IMG/VR virus record: IMGVR_UViG_3300021399_000155
Coordinates: 4,722-68,721 of that record
Reading direction: 5' to 3' (one strand)
Source of the DNA: a virus
Taxonomy: Duplodnaviria; Caudoviricetes
Length of the DNA: 64,000 nucleotides
How positions within the stretch are numbered: the stretch's first letter is position 1; each line of letters starts with the position of its first letter. Positions 63,513 to 64,000 of this stretch are shown here, piece by piece. The notes under the pieces were generated by a model, which was given only the letters and a program-made list of their open reading frames with translations, did no database searches and was not told where the DNA came from. The translations under genes were made by a program, and so were the position numbers.

Positions 63513-64000
63513 GCTCCTACCTCCTCTTCTTCATCCTCTCGAATAATGTTTCCGTCTTCATCGTATCCCTCATCAAGCATGTTGCTTAAAGACCTGAAAT
63601 ATCTTCCGTCTTCTGTTGTATAGACATCATTGATGCTCATCCAATCCGTGTTCCATCTTTCAGGATCTTCTACCTGAACGAATTCACCGGAATATTCCAG
63701 AGCGTCATCGCAGACAGTTCCGTATCTAGAAATGTACGTAAATTCATAATCACAAGTTCTTTCCCATCTGGCGTGGTAATCACACCACTCTACGCAATCC
63801 CGGCAATAATACTCACCGTCAATTTCGATTTCTTCGTCACGGTCAATAAGACAACCGCAATCGTTGCAATAATGTTTCTCTTCCCGGCAATCGGAACAGC
63901 ACAGCCAGTCGCTTTCCTCATGTTCCTCACCACAATTCGGGCAGATAGGATCATGTCCTACGTAGATGGTTTCATAGTCAAGTACGCCGTTTCCTTTCCA
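63509..64000 (-). CDS. partial Cys-rich protein (5' end outside the window), probable paralogue of the next gene
   Basis: hand translation: ..VGHDPICPNCGEEH..CCSDC..YCNDCG..YCRDC..; ATGA overlap with 62304..63512. Confidence 0.7.
   Translation of the reverse strand, partial: WKGNGVLDYETIYVGHDPICPNCGEEHEESDWLCCSDCREEKHYCNDCGCLIDRDEEIEIDGEYYCRDCVEWCDYHARWERTCDYEFTYISRYGTVCDDALEYSGEFVQVEDPERWNTDWMSINDVYTTEDGRYFRSLSNMLDEGYDEDGNIIREDEEEEVGA

Overview
64 kb of a large temperate dsDNA phage of an anaerobic Firmicute, most likely Clostridia/Lachnospiraceae-like (inferred from a Firmicutes-type LexA box, a Lachnospiraceae-type HPr homologue and a class III RNR). The layout resembles SPbeta. Bases 1-3.9 kb (+ strand) are the end of the virion module (tail fibre). 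Next come a Xer-like recombinase, an XRE regulator, an intact attP (tRNA-Leu 3'-end core with arm repeats) and the integrase. A ~57 kb minus-strand arm follows, carrying: nucleotide metabolism (dut, nrdDG with a formate channel, 5'-nucleotidase, ThyX-like); RNA repair (Pnk-HD, Rnl2-type ligase, Pth2); replication (DnaE, primase, DnaB, SSB, Sak4, ERCC4 and Cas4-like nucleases); a tRNA/structured-RNA island; a vWA/PurA-like module; a radical SAM gene with three 'ETNSSS' paralogues; a LexA-controlled sigma-DUF262 fusion; and an early/anti-defence region (ArdC, SprT, GP88-like, HicA, M28 peptidase). The best candidates for undescribed biology are: (i) several tRNA-shaped RNAs with intact T and acceptor arms but enlarged or shrunken anticodon arms, mostly next to an RNA ligase; (ii) the radical SAM + ETNSSS-paralogue module; (iii) the vWA + divergent PurA module; (iv) the SOS-controlled sigma-DUF262 fusion with an internal start; (v) a 23-bp recombinase-core-like site present twice, 44 kb apart. 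All protein calls come from motif recognition by eye and all RNA folds were done by hand; no database searches were run.
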